64,000 nucleotides of DNA, taken from assembly GCF_001949145.1 (NCBI RefSeq), contig NW_019091355.1, forward strand, positions 3,516,646 through 3,580,645, in the 5' to 3' direction. Numbering within the stretch: the stretch's first letter is position 1; each line of letters opens with the position of its first letter. A model generated the notes under the pieces. The model was not told the origin of the DNA. It was given only the letters and a program-made list of their open reading frames with translations, and searched no databases. This DNA is from Acanthaster planci. Lineage: Eukaryota. Position numbers and translations under genes: made by a program. This document shows, in pieces, positions 24,703 to 39,100 of the stretch.

Positions 24703-27268
24703 TTGTTACCCCAAGGTCATAGATTACACTGGAATGGTCTGAAATGCAAAGCGTATTTTATTGCAATGTAAATTAAAACCCTTTGACAACTTGAAACACT
24801 TGAACAGCAAATTCAGTATTGAATTACACTGAAAATTATTGATCATGATGTCCTTCGTTGACCGATATTTTTTGGGGGGGAAGGAAGGAGAAATCTAAGA
24901 TCTATAACAAACTGGTTTACTCGAGAAACCTGGGATTCATAGAGCACTGGAGTTCTTGCCGACTGGTTACATTTCAAGACATTACATCAGATTCCTTTGA
25001 AAAGTATTGACAAGATTGAAGAGCAGACGAGAAGAGAGAATGGCATCAGCATTTTTTGTAAAGAGCAATGGCAATCACAGCAGAAATAGTGATCAGAATA
25101 TACTCGTGTTCCATGAGCATAAGCTGGGTGCACTAACGGAAGTTTAATAACCCACGAGTCTCTGTCATGGTCAGAGTGAAGAGAGTAGCACATGCGAACA
25201 GACACAGTGCTTCAACGTCCCCCATAATGTCCCCCAGTGCAGATCTCCTACAATAACTAGTGCATAGTAGTACCACCATGGCTATCCACCTTTGTACCCA
25301 AGATGACACGATAACAACGCAGTGGACACGACACGTCAACTGTGGGGAAAGATGTGTTATCCAGAATGCTCAATGCGTGAATGGTACATGCGCACTTGTA
25401 GCATATCACATGATCAATTCGCGACCAATAAAAATTCACTATCTATGACCGTGGTACATGTACATGTATAACAAATGTACATGTACCACGTCCGTGGAGG
25501 CACTTGCATTTTTGGACCTACATGTACGTGTACGTCAGAATGTTGAGAGACTTTGAAGGTGGGCGCGTTTTCATGCACGTCTGTGTAAATGAAACGCTGA
25601 CCGTCAAAAATCACATGACAGAAACTCCTGCACTGTACACATGCAGCAAGAGGCCCCCTGTTTGCAGTAAAGAATGAAATCCATGTACATGTACAAAATC
25701 CAATTCACCTGCCATGCAGCAGGCCCAGTGACATGGAATCAGGATTTTCTCTAAGAGTGTAATGAATGATTAATTGATGCTCGTGTATCAACCGATGTAC
25801 CGGTACTGCCATGCCAATATGACACTACGGTATCACCATACAAAAAATCGAAATCCTGACAATCGGCTGTAGATTACTCTGTAGCTCTAACTCGAGGCCA
25901 GACTGTTTGAAGTGTAACCCTTCTGACATCCGAGCAGACAACACATCTTTGAAAGTGGCCTCCAAAATAATGTCACATTGTACCTTCAAAGTGAATGCTG
26001 AGAACGAGTAGAGTAACCACCATCAACAGATGCTCAGACTGTGCAACAGTAGACCGACCTGCAGGAATTGGTAACCCAATGCACAAGTGCAGCATGTGGG
26101 TAATTGGTGAATAGATACAAGGATGCATACTTCAGTTTCATGTACCTGCATGTCAGACAGCTGCAGTGACGCCAGCAATTTTTAGTTGGCAAACACAGAA
26201 CACGTAACGCACTGTAAATGTATGGCGGTTCATGTCGCATCATAACCTCAGTCTCATAGAAAGCATTCTCACATCCTGAAACTGTGGTATCGTTACATGC
26301 CTGACCGTGCTTGCTGTTTTGCAGGAATCAACTCTATAGCCCTTTATCATGGGCAGCCATCATGCTTTCCCACCAAAACAATGTAATCAAACTGAGGCTG
26401 GAAGGGAAAAAACACTGTTCTCTTATGTGAAGTTGCATAACTGTTGTCAATGGGTCTACAGGGAACAAGACAAACATGACAGCATTACGTTAAAGGTCTA
26501 CAATCCGGTCCAGCACTTAGAATCTCAATCTGATGATTTTTTTTACTTGTACGTAGAAGATGACTCTACATGTACAGTAATCAAAGCAGGGAGACATGAG
26601 GTTATATCACAACAGCAGGGTTCGAATTTTAACTTTTGGGGTATTGCTATTTTGGCCTCAAGAAGTGGGGCGTGTACATGTACTTTGAGGGAACCACGTC
26701 CAATAACAGAGGCAACAGGCCCAAATTTCTACAAAGGAAAGGCACTGAGGCCAAGGTGTAAATATTCTGCATTTGAAATGAGTTACAAAATTGGAAAAAC
26801 AAAAAAATGGTGTTTTACATGCTTGAACTTTCATATTTAAATATTTTATACCCATGACAAAACATCATATTTCAAGAAGTAACTGGCATATTTTTTTCTG
26901 ACAAAGGATTTCTTCATTTAGAGAAAATTAATAAAATAGAATCCAGTGAATTAGACTGTAGATTAAACAAAGAGAACATGTTTTGTTTCAATTTTCACAC
27001 ATCTTTTTCGACTACACAGTGCGAGCTTACCAACCAAACCCCCATACCGTAAAGCTGACCAACCAAATTACGCCATGGAATGATCAGTTGCGCACATGTA
27101 GTTGAGTCTACGGCATGCGTGCATACATGATCTGAAACTATGGGGACAAAAGACCTAGCCGTAGCTGTGGGGGCCCGTTTCAGAAACGGCCTAAGCCTTA
27201 TGGCGCAGTATGGCTCTGTGGCACCTAGCACCATGTCCGCCAGCTCGGCTGCCCTGGCTGTGCACTCA

Positions 27269-27387
27269 GGCCGTGTCCGAAACGGACTTCCAGAGCTACG
27301 TCTAGGTCTACTGTTGACGCGTCTCCACACATTTCCAATGGAGCAAAGACCTAGACTTAGCTCTAGACAAGAGATTCGGATGCAGCC
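27269..27387. mobile_element. PIF/Harbinger-like MITE family C, copy 1
   Basis: Ends GGCCGTGTCCGAA / TTCGGATGCAGCC; flanks TCA/TAA; reverse complement of 47242-47360. A degraded partial copy lies at about 27150-27193. Confidence 0.8.
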
Positions 27388-29466
27388 TAAGTTACCGTGC
27401 ACCCATGTGGCGTGAAGATGATCATGTACTGGTAGACTGCAACACGAAATACATTCAGGAAATCTAGGGTGCTTTTATTCAGGGGCACCACTGACAGGAA
27501 GAACGGGGGAAACAGCCAGCTTTGGCCTTGGACAAAGTGGAAATATTCAGGGCACCACGGCCAATTGTAAAGGCACCGACCGCCACGGCCATGTGCATGC
27601 ACACAAGACAGAAACGCTTTGGGAAGTTCAAGAGTGACCGTTGTCACTCATTTACTGGTAGTCATGATACCCATGATACGGTTTGTGCACAGGTTACCAG
27701 GGAATTCAATCAATGGTCGCGTTCGTACATGTACAACAGACTCATTCCCATCCCTACTGTGTCCAGGGCCCACTACCCAGACTAAATGACAGGTGCACTT
27801 GTACTCACTGGTACCCACACTACATGTACTTTCACATTAAAGTTTATGCAACTAAAGAAAGTCAGGGAACAATAACGATATCATTTAAATCTGTTATGTA
27901 AAATATACAGTTTGACAGTAGGCTTATCGTGCTCTGAACTTCTGAAATTCAGAGCTTGTTTCTTTTGCCTTGGGGTACTTTGCTTGCCGGAGGGTGTTCA
28001 AAAGGTCACATCCCACATCACAGCAGGCAACAATTATTAAATGTACGCATCTATATAAATGTGCGGTCATACTGCAAAAACTGTTGAGTCAAAGAGAACT
28101 GGCTATATGATACTACAAAAAGTAACCACACAGGCCTATGGTAAAACACCTACATGTACATGTTCCCCTTTACATCAATTATGATTGATAGCAATTGGCA
28201 ACTGAAGCCAACCTGTACCACTTCCTTGGTCATATTAATGCACCCTTGGGGCTACTGGCCACACACCCACCACAACCTTATGCTGTGGCACACCTTCATG
28301 TGCACAAACACACCCTTCCTTTGTCAGGGTGTCTCTTTTAGAACAGGTGCTTTCCAGAGTAATCAAATCTGTACATTTTGCAGATCCACTAAACATGTAG
28401 GGTGCCTAAGTTTGGAAATAATCGATGGGCAAGCTGTACCACCAGCTATGGTGCATGTACATGTACAATATGGCTTCTTTTAAGCATCCAAAGGATGCCT
28501 ACATGTACATGTAGCTCCTAAGACAAGCCAACTTTCCCTGGAGTCCTTGATGGACAAAAATGCGCAAGACAACAGTCATGTTGCTGGATATGTACATGGT
28601 ACATGAATGATATATGTTTGCCAAAGACAGAAATTGTAATTTCCATACATTTAACCTCCATGATAAATTAATCATCACGGCGTAACGATCGGAAGGGGAG
28701 AAATTCCATATACTCGCATATATGGACATCACTAGTTGTTCTCTGCAGTCACATCTTAGCCATTACAAAGCATTGTCCTAAAAAAGTCAAAACTTGGTCG
28801 GGAAATTGTTGATGCCTTTACTTGGGAAACACTAAGGATTTTTTATGTCAAGAGAATCATATCCAGATGTGAACTCTTTCCATTATCTCTTGTGGGACAG
28901 GTTCATGGTATTCACAATATCAGTGGTTGCCGGTACACATGTGTAATGTAACTTGTGGTGCGATGACCTTGTAGAATTGATACCGGTTTGGCCTATCCAG
29001 TTTCCAACCACTGACTTGGGCTTTTGATTACCCCCCTCTCCTTGGATTTCTGCTATATAAATATGGAATAGCCTGCTTCAACCCTAATCGGTAACCCTTT
29101 TACAGTATGCGAACAACTGTGCTCACGTTGGAAGATTGAGAATGCCAGTAATAAAAACAAAAGTCTAATACAACACTTTACTGAGCTTGCAGTGCCTGGC
29201 TTCCTCATTACGAAAACAAAAACAAAACACTAATGTACCGGTATCAACCAGATGAGCATATCCTACCTTCCTGTACATTGGCCACGTACTGTACAATTAC
29301 ATGTACCTGTACGTGCATTGGGTGTTGACCAAAGGAAGGGTGTATCAACCATCAAAATAGGGGAAAGGTGTGGAAAAGTCTACATGTACATACATGTACA
29401 TACATGTAGACACAACAAAAGTTCAAGTACTGTACAATATGACCGATGTACATGTACATACATGTA

Positions 29467-29641
29467 CAGTCGAACCTCGTTAATAAGAGGTCCTTTGGAC
29501 TTGGCAAACTACCTTGTTATAACAGGAAACCCGTATTATCAGGAATGAAAACAACGAAAAAGAAAGGATTGGGACCTAACAATTTCCTTGTCTTAAGCAG
29601 AACCTTGTATTAACAGTGCTCTTCTTAACGAGGTTCGACTG
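29467..29641. mobile_element. Tc1/mariner-pogo-type MITE, 175 bp
   Basis: TA|CAGTCGAACCTCGTTAA ... TTAACGAGGTTCGACTG|TA: 17-bp perfect TIR, CAGT terminus, TA TSD. Confidence 0.9.
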
Positions 29642-32068
29642 TACCACATAAATTATTTTAAATGTCAACATGTGACAGGGTTGCATAAATGCGTTGTTGA
29701 GAGACAATCCTTGAGAGAATGCTTGATTTCTTCACTATGCTGTCCTATTAAAAGGCATGATTAGCCCAAATTATCCTCAATCCTACAAAATCCTACGGGC
29801 AGTTTTAGAGGTTTTTGGAGGACTGCTGCTGCATAAAAAAATCATGCTCCTCAAAAAATCTAAGGGCACTTGCAAATAATGAACGATATGACAGAAACAG
29901 TGGATAACATCACCCAAAAAGGATGGTGTGATTCATTTGTAATAATGTACCGTTTCACATTTATCCTGCCACGACTTTAATAATTAGTATAATCATTGTA
30001 CGAATATAATCATCGTGAACGCGGTCCGCTCTCAGATCGCACCAGCTAGCCGACCCTGCATGCACGTATATGTACATGTATAACATGTACTCTGTACATG
30101 TACGTATTAGGCTTGCATGTACACATGTGCGAGTATGTCGCGTGCAGTTTCACTGTACATGGTACAATCTGTTACATATTTTTATTGGTTGGTAGAAAGT
30201 TTTCAGTGACAAGAGACCCAACCAATTATTGATCTTCTTTACGTGGCACTTAAGCAGAAAGCGGTGTGCCATGAGCTTTTGGTCGTCATCAAAACATTGC
30301 TCTGTGCATACATACAGCGTGTGAGCCCACTGAATTCATGCAGGAAACCCCAGCGTGTCAGACCATAATCATACATAAGCATTGTCCCATTCACAAGTGT
30401 GTGTTGCTTTGACGTTTTCCCATTTTGATTGAGGTGGGTTTGTTACAGTCTGCATCAACTGAACAAAGTTGAAGTGCAGTTTAAACCTTCAAATCCCCTT
30501 TGGGATTTTTTTCAAAATTATGGTCACTGTTAGTGTTTCAAGTAAAAGAAATGCTAAAATTCAGGATGAAAATGCTCACTTCCACTTTTATTTCAATTCT
30601 TTTAAAGGGACACGTACATGTACATGTGTACAACTGTATAGATTTGTAGGTTGAAACTCAGTTAAATGATGTAGTTTAATTTCATAGTGCCAAAAAAAAA
30701 AGAAAACGAGCACTGAGATGATTCATGTGTCGTAAACCCACATTTCTAATAGAACTAAAAATAAGCTAATTTAAAAATTGCCCCACGAACATTATAAACC
30801 ATCAGAAAAAGTGGAAACAATAGTCTCCAGGGTATAAACAATTGTTTGATCTCATTTTGCACTTCTGTTTAATTGTTTTTTTTAAGGAGAGCGATTTGCT
30901 CTCCTGAGAGATTTGAGGAGATACTGTACAGTAGATTTATAACTCTCCTGGATTTTCTTAAAATGAAGAACTACACAGCCTATTCAAGAAATATCGGAGG
31001 ATTCTTGAGGACTAAGGCTGTGTCCAATTCATCCATGGGGGCAGTTGGAGGATTTTAAAGGATCGAGGGCGTACATGGTGTATCCTAGCCAAGGCAGCTA
31101 CGGTTAGTCACTAGAGCACATGTGAATCAGAAACCGAATTGGAAAAATAATTTTTGTGTGCCAGACACTCTCCAGAGAGCTTGCTCTGTTGACAAGCACA
31201 AAACAAAACAGAGAAATAGTTCTACATTTGTTCTATGTTACACTAAAATAATCAAGATTCTGCAACAGCATTATGCATAAAATCAAGTGGTGGCATTTTG
31301 GAAACTGTGTTGACCTTTCCAATTATTCTTAGCTGATTTTACATAATAACTAATAATTGGTTATTATGTAAAATCAGCAAAGAATAACTATTGTAGATGG
31401 CATTGTGACACCACCTTTACTATATTTGTAGTACAGGTGGTAAGTACTGAAAGGGGTATATTGTACCTTTCCAAACAGTCATGTTTATGCTTTGCAGAGG
31501 TCTCATGCTTTCTACATATTGGACGTGATCGGTCGATGTGTGTAATCACATGATCTTTGGGCAAAACTGTTTCAAAAAAGGGAAGTAAAATTGGAGATTT
31601 CATGCAGAATCGACCAAGCATTCAGAACAATCTGGTGATCATGCTCATTGACTGATCTAGTCCAACAGATATTTTTGTAGGAATGTAAAATTTATGGTGA
31701 TCCTGAAAAAAAAAAATTCTAACATGGTCTCTGGACATCCAAGTCTAACCAGCCAGACAGCCACAGCTCAGCAGCTGCATTCATTACTCATATGAATCCC
31801 ACAATATCATTGTTGATATGGTTGAAGAAAACCGTGACATACTACCTTACAATTTTACAAAGCAAAACAAGTCACTGTTGATGGCATCGCTGATGGTCCA
31901 TCACAGGCTTAGGCCAACATCCCATCCATCATGGCACATGATCGAATTTGTTACTGCATCGCAGTGTATGCAAATTGCAATGCACCAAGTCAGTGGGCCT
32001 ACACATGAAAACACAAGTTTTTCATTCATAGTTTCTAAAACCCACAAATAAACCAATGACAAACTCAC

Positions 32069-32600
32069 CTTACTCAATGTCTTAGAGGTGTGATTGGAGC
32101 TACCTGAACTGAGACATAGTTGGGATTTTTCTTTTCAAAAATGTTAATCCTGACGTCACTGGCTAAAAAAAGACGACGGACCGAACAAATCTATCGGCGA
32201 TGTGTGACAAACGAGCGAGCAAGGTAGGTTGGCGGTGTCTTCTTTTCGACACTGGAATAAATTCGACCGACTGATCTACACGAAATTTCCACTAAGTGAT
32301 GGTAATGACGTTGGAATATCATCCATAGATTTGTAATTAATACATCATCTTCACTTGCGGTAATTTCCCAAATTCTTATCTTAGCACTATGACATTCGTT
32401 CAGAAGCCTGTGCCGAAAAATCCCAGCAAATGCTAATGAATGGATATCGTCCCGTCAGGCGTGACGTCAGCGATTTGTGCGTACCAAATTCATAAACTTT
32501 TTTCAGTACTTTCTTTACATAAAAGCAAGCCAAATCGGTAAGCAACCACTTCCCCGGGAAAAGACAACAATTCATTGGGCCGTTTCCGTTCAAGATGAAC
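32069..32600 (-). promoter_or_regulatory. Probable JNK first (non-coding) exon and promoter
   Basis: Consensus donor AAG|gtgagt at 32069/32068; local CpG enrichment; TGACGTCA at 32151-32158 and 32462-32469; lies just past the 3' end of the RhoGAP gene. TSS not determined. Confidence 0.55.
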
Positions 32601-32995
32601 TATTTTATGTACATAAACCCTGCCAGTCTAGTCAAATGTACCTTTAATGGGACAAATATGTTTGGGGAAAAAAAAGTACGTCAAAATTAACTATTAGGAT
32701 GACTTATGTCTACTTTAACGCAACAGAAGTTATTATGAAAGAGGGCGCTATTACAGATCTACCATCAAGCGGTTGAATGATGGGTGTGGTCGGTAATATT
32801 TTTGTAACAACTTCAGAATTTATTAAATTTGCCCTAAAATTAATCCATCCAAGGGAAAAACATAATTTTAATATTTTGACTCTTAACTTTTGTACGATTG
32901 GAAATGTTGAAGGCTTAGCATGGAATAAAGTGACTGCACAGGACTTAATCATACCAAAGGATGCTTATTAAAGCGCCTCAACTTTTCACTATTCC

Positions 32996-35900
32996 TTTAT
33001 TCAACTGAGCAACATCTGTATCGATCCAAAATCTGGACCTGTAATTCCTTAATCAGCACGCAGAGGTCATTCAAGCCACTGGCGTCCATCTTAAGTGCTG
33101 AATACAAAAAGTAATACAAAGGATTACTTGCCGCCGCTAATTAATTTCGTTGGCGGCATGGCATCAATAGTTCCAACGCTGAGCGTGCCTACCACCGTCG
33201 CCTTTGATTCGACACGGTAGTCGGCGGTGGCTTCAGCCGGTTAAATTTAAAAGGCTTTGCAAGTCAGATTTTTTTTTCATAGATGTCTATTTTTGGTCAT
33301 CACTCTCTCCACAGGAGAGAGGGCGCTATACCTACAAGACAAAACCACAATCAGAGTCGGTCTTACACTGTACAGTATTTTCTTTACTCCCAAAGCACCA
33401 TATGGATGATTTGTATGACATATCAAAGTGCATATCAGACACATATTCTGATGACAACATTAACCATAATGATATAACCTGTCGTCTCCCGAACAATATA
33501 TTGATACTTTGTTTTTCTGTGGAAACGGTTTATGACTCAGAAACATCAATTAGGATAAATGATATGTCCAAGCAGTGCTTGTTAATCCGAGTATGTAACA
33601 CAGAACATAAATGATAAAAATAATGCTCAACACTGTCTAATTAAGGTAGTGGCCTGATTACTCCAGTCAACCATCGATGTTAACACCAGTGATGCAAAGA
33701 AAATAGAACACGCTATAATGCTGTAATGTGCAGAGGGAAATTCCCATTACATAAAAAAAGAGCGCTTCACCGATCATTTGCTTGTAACGAACATTCGTCA
33801 TCATAATACTTTAAGAAGTCTGTTCTTAAATATGCCATGTGCAGATTTCATCAAGGGGTGGAGCCAAGATACTGTGACAAATGATGGCACCCCGTAGATT
33901 GCAACACAAAAGCTTTTGGGGGGAGGGGGTGTGTGGATGAGATCGCCTACTGAGGGCCCAACCTTATCCCCACAAAGCGTGACCCAAATCTCACAAAATG
34001 AGTGCCGAGCCTTTCCAAAGGCTATTTTCTCTCAGTAATATTGTATTACTTTGCATCAGCAAGAGCAAACTGAACTTATGGGCTGTAAATAAAGAACATT
34101 TTAACATTTTTTAGAGCATACCCCCCCCCGGAAACAATTTAAAATCAGTTCCGAAATACCTTTTCAGAGTCCCTGAAAGGAAAAGACCTTGGCTTTGTTG
34201 CGAGAAACATGGGTCTTTTTAAACCATAGTGCTACCAAAACCTTTGGGAGGCATGAGTAAAATGCTGAATAAATCAAGATGACTGCCTCCAAATCGTTGG
34301 AAGGTATATCAAGGTCCAAGAAAATTCCTCATGACCTTAGCTCAACTGATACATTTGCCAACTATTGCCATTACAGATAAAAGCTTGCTTCCTCCTAAAA
34401 TGCACATTTCTTTGTTTGAGAACCTTTCGTAAGATACACATCTTAAACCTGAAATAAAATAAAAAATAAAGCATTTCTATTATACATTTGTTCAACAAAA
34501 CACTAATTTGTCCACTTACTGTTTGTGATCTGTACACATTACGCATACATATTAAATTTACAAACAGGTCAAAAACATCGGTCTGGCCTACATGATAACA
34601 GTCGACTGATCTTGAAATAACAACACTAACGATGTCATCCACGTTGACAAACTTCTGTGAGAAGCCACACACGCTCAAATACACATGCGGAATGCACTCA
34701 CAGCATCAAAACCTTAAATCCGTGTTCAAAATGACCAGGTATTTACTTCTATGAAGAATCTGTACAAAATATATCAACTGAAAGAATAAAAATCAAGGTC
34801 ACTACCATAAGACATAGGCTTTATGCACAGCAGATTTCTTAGACCACGTCAATCACGTGCTTCTCGATAAATCTTTACAAAAGTTAACGTCACAGTTCAC
34901 TAGACTGATGCACTATATCATAAAAAATTGATATAGAAATAAGATAAATATAAGCAGAAATCACATAAGGCCCCTTACAATTACAAGATTCAAGCACTTG
35001 ATTAAATCGTCCAGGTGTTTTCTTTTATAAATCTAGAAAGTCAATAGAAAATGTACTTCCATGCAATAACACGACTTGAGTTGCTACAAAAAGGCACAAT
35101 GGTACAGACTGTACAAACGCTTGCAGCTATTTCACAAATAGCTTTGAAGAGTTATAAAAATAGACGTTTTGCACTCTTAAATAAAAGCAACCACGCTGAC
35201 GTCAGACTGTTGAAAGTATCTAAACTGAAGAAATTGAGGGGAGAATTCTTGCAAGTTGGAGGTGATCTAGTGCCCAGAGGTAAGCCATTCTGGGGTTAAC
35301 ACTTAAAAATATATCCACAACACCAGGTTGTGCAAATGTCATTTTTGCATTTGTCTATGAATTTCAGGCAAGCTGGAACGTGGTGATACAAACACCTACG
35401 ACCGACGTGTTGCTCACAACGGCTGTTAACAGGTGAGAAGTGGAACAAAGATACTTGACCTTTTCCAGAGCTGGTAGTAACTCGGGTGGTCTTAACAGGT
35501 AAGCAAGAGAGGACAAGATTGAAAATGGCATGAATTGAAAATTCTGCTGGCTAGTATGTGCAATGTACATACCGCATGGCTTAAGTTCTATGGCATAGGG
35601 CATTCTTGAATCCTAAGGAACGCAAACGTAATGAGACTGCAGGGTAATATGGGACACATGAACTGAAATCAGTGCCTGATTGATAATAATACCCTCCCCA
35701 CTGGACCATGAGTGACCAGAAGCAGGTTTTATTTCCCGAAGCTGAAGGGCGGCCAGGTTGCTTAGCTTTTACTGATATCTCCCAGGCTCTCTCTGTGTCT
35801 AAAATTTACTTGGCTTTGGCTTACAGTTACACGCAACTCTATGGGAAGTGGCTGAAGTCACTGTCATAGACTCGTGTGTAAAATTTCAAGCCGCAGAGAA

Positions 35901-36050
35901 GTAATTCAGATATGGCTGCAGTACAGGCTGCTGTATCCTGCTGGAAGCTGGCGCCAACCACGTTAGGGTTTTTTCTTTTTTGGTACTGGTGTGCCGGTGA
36001 CCTCAGGGGTCAAACTCGAAATGTAGACTGCGGCAGTGTGATTAGCCAGG
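32996..36050 (-). other. Probable RhoGAP 3'UTR; candidate AATAAA signals at 35728-35733 and 32996-33001
   Basis: U-rich on the sense strand downstream of the stop codon; the true poly(A) site cannot be chosen from sequence. Confidence 0.35.
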
Positions 36051-36137
36051 TCACTTGGGTCCGTACTCCGCGATGAAGGCATTCAACTGCTTCAACAGCT
36101 GCTTGTTCCGCTCCTCTGTCGCTTTCTTAGCTGCCTC
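36051..36137 (-). CDS. RhoGAP terminal coding exon (EAAKKATEERNKQLLKQLNAFIAEYGPK-stop)
   Basis: Acceptor ttttatttccctcctctccag|GAG; resembles the family C-terminal coiled-coil end (E-x-RN-x-x-L...F...G); TGA at 36051-36053. Confidence 0.88.
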   Translation of the reverse strand, partial: EAAKKATEERNKQLLKQLNAFIAEYGPK

Positions 36138-39100
36138 CTGGAGAGGAGGGAAATAAAAGTATTGATCAAAATCATATTAAATCAATCATATTATATCAAT
36201 CATATTCAATCATGACAGATGTTCCTTCCTCTGCATGCCATGTCAGGCCTTGCCTCGTCCGTCACGGAGAAACTGGTGTATTTAAAATTTCTTGGTTAGT
36301 CATACATGTACAACCCCAAATATAACAGGTATTGGCCAGAAACTGTTGGCCACAATCACTGATCCTTCGCTTGCGTGATGCCAATTTACTTTCCACAGTG
36401 TGAAATCCTGCCTGCCTATAGACAGTGGTGCTGTGTGCAGACCTGATACATGTGTGCAAATTAAGAGTAGAATACAAGGCACAACCTATTACGTTGAATG
36501 TCAAGCCAAACAACCAAGTGCAAAACTTAAAAAATGAAGAGTTCATGTCCAAAATGCGATAAGTGCCATTTTGGTACCTTTCAGAATCCGACCCTCTCTC
36601 AGTTACCTGAGGTCAGTTCCTCCTTCTCTTAGACAGCTAAAGACAACTTCGATGAGTTCAGGGACACATAGTACACTGCTAAAGTTCTTCCACATTTCAT
36701 ACTTGAGGAAAAATTGTATGTTTTTCAAATGGATGTATCTCACGTTGGAAACAGACCCTTCAAATAGCGATGCATGTTTTGCAGAATAAAACTGGCGTTG
36801 CATTAGTAAGAAAAAGTTGACAAAACTCTTCCTTTACTTTTGAAGGACTGTTGAGGGTATGCGGCAACGTCATTTTATACTGACCTTAAGTGTTGCTGAC
36901 GGCACATAATTGAAAGATAATCTTCAAACTACAAGATGACAAAATTCATTAGAAAAGATATTCTGCTATCTTTGCAAACAATCAAGTATTGCAAGAGTAC
37001 GCATCCCGTCACAATCTCACTTACTCAGGGGTCACATTACTGCTGTTTACATGCTCAGGAGCACACCTGCTTTAGCATGAGTAATGCACTCGAACACAGC
37101 CCTAGGTTTAAGCAATTAATTACCTCATTCCTGAGTTGTATCTCCAATCCTTCGCACTTGATTTTCCATTTTACCAACTTCTGTTCATACTCCTCCTGGC
37201 GAGTACGCATGTCAAGCTTCAGGGCTGCATTTTCCTCCAGCAGTTTCAGATGAGATGAGGAGATGTTGCTGGGAGGGTTTAAGGTTGCATTCTCCGGAGT
37301 CCCTGCCGTCAGGTCCACTCCCATGGAGGTGGAGTTTATCTCGGAGGTCTGAGGCTTACCGGAGCCCGGCAGGAGAGGCGACGGCAGAGGCCGCTCCAGA
37401 CTTGAAAGAGCTTCCTGGTTGCTGAAGTGCAAGGTGTTTGGTGACGCCGGCGTAATGGTGGCATCGAGATCAATCTGCGAGGTGTTCTTAGAGTTCGCTT
37501 CCGAGTTGCCACACAAGTGTTCACTGCTCGATTCAAGGGTGCTGGAGTCTGACAATGAGGTATCGTCGTGGAAACCGAATGCACCATCTACACTGTAGCT
37601 GCGCTTGCCCAAACCGGTGTCAGATGGGACCTTTATCCAGTCTGAATCAAGGTCGATCAGGAGATTCTCGTAATTAACTCTGTCCTTCTTGTCTCTTGGA
37701 GCCGGAACGGGGGCGTTTGCAACTTTATCCTTGAGCTCCTTCAGTAGGTCCAGACTCTCTGGTGAAGATGTTATGTTGCGCCCCGTCTTCCTCGGGGGTG
37801 GGGTTGGACTGCTCCCTTTGGTTCGGAAGTCAATCTGGTCATTGGGTGGGAACATCTCCTCATGCTGGCGGATTAGCAGGTGCAGGAACTTCTGGCTCAT
37901 GGAGGTGGTCTCCATCAGCGAAGTGGCATTCTCCAGGGGTGGCCGGAAGATGTTGGGGCCGAAGACGGTGGCCAGGTTGAGCATACTCATGCGGTTTTGG
38001 CTCTCATAGCTCTGCACATCATGCAGGAACTCGCACAGGTACTTGAGCAGGTTGTAGTTGGTGCGAGGCAAGAGTGCCAACTGTCGGATAAGCTCCTTCT
38101 TGCCCTCCTCCTCGTGGTCGCAGTAGAGCTTGATGCCGTTGTAGAAGTTCTCATAGTGCTGCCAAGGGATCAGGGGCTCGGGCAGCAGGCGGAGGTACAG
38201 CTTGAGCAGCGATGCGATGGTGTGGATGTCCGTGTTGCTGGCCTTGAAGTCGGGCTTCTCGCCGCAGTCAAATCTCTCCTGGAGCTCCTTGATCAGACTG
38301 ACTCGTCCTGGCAGCCTGTGATGTGATGTCCAAGAGAAAAAGGGTTAAAACAGGTGCACGGGCTAACGGAGTCATCCAAACATGGGCCTGCCTACAATGT
38401 GCATTTTTGAGCTATTCTAAAAACTGCTAAGCATATGATTTTGCAGTTTGAACAGACGAAACTGAACACCAGCCAAAATTTCATGTGAGCTTATGGCTTT
38501 AAGACTGGTTGTCTGCTGGCAATGGTTTCTGTTGAGTGGATTTGTGGCCATTCTAAAAGCTGTTCTCACTTTGCAAAACCAGAATCAAATTTCCCAAAGC
38601 AGCTGAACAGCAAGTGTTGCGAAGCAACTTGAAACCACCACAACTCTTGGCCTGCAAAGGATGTCCAGTTATACACTGAAGAAGAGCTTAAAGATGGACA
38701 AAAAGTGCATTTATGAAAAACTCATCAAAGAAACCCTTTAAAGCAAAAGCCACCATACAAAATTTGGGCCAGTAATCTGTTGCAGCCAAGCATAAAATAA
38801 TCTACACTGTACGTGTAAAATGCTACAAGCTTAGAAACACAGTGGGGGCACCAGACAGGAGCTCCAAGGATCCAACTCTTGTCCGCGCTCGGCGAGTGTT
38901 GTGAGTAGGAAACAACTCACCTGAAGATGCCTTCCTCTTGCAATCCTCGTTCCCGGAGCTGCTCCACGCATTGCTCTACAATGGACGGGATCTGTTTGGT
39001 GCTTGTGGTGCTCTCGTTAGTAATGGTGTCCAAGAGACTCTGGCCAAATATTCCTACAGAAATATGTTGCAAAGATACAACTATTTAAAGGCATTCCTTC

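Noticed and set aside
13604..31621. Numerous 60-160 aa ORFs rich in C/T/Y/M/H/V
   Set aside because: Products of TACATG/TGTACA simple repeats and chance; no recognisable domain.
37689..38326. Plus-strand ORFs 37689..38009 and 37880..38326
   Set aside because: Antisense shadows of the GC-rich RhoGAP exon.
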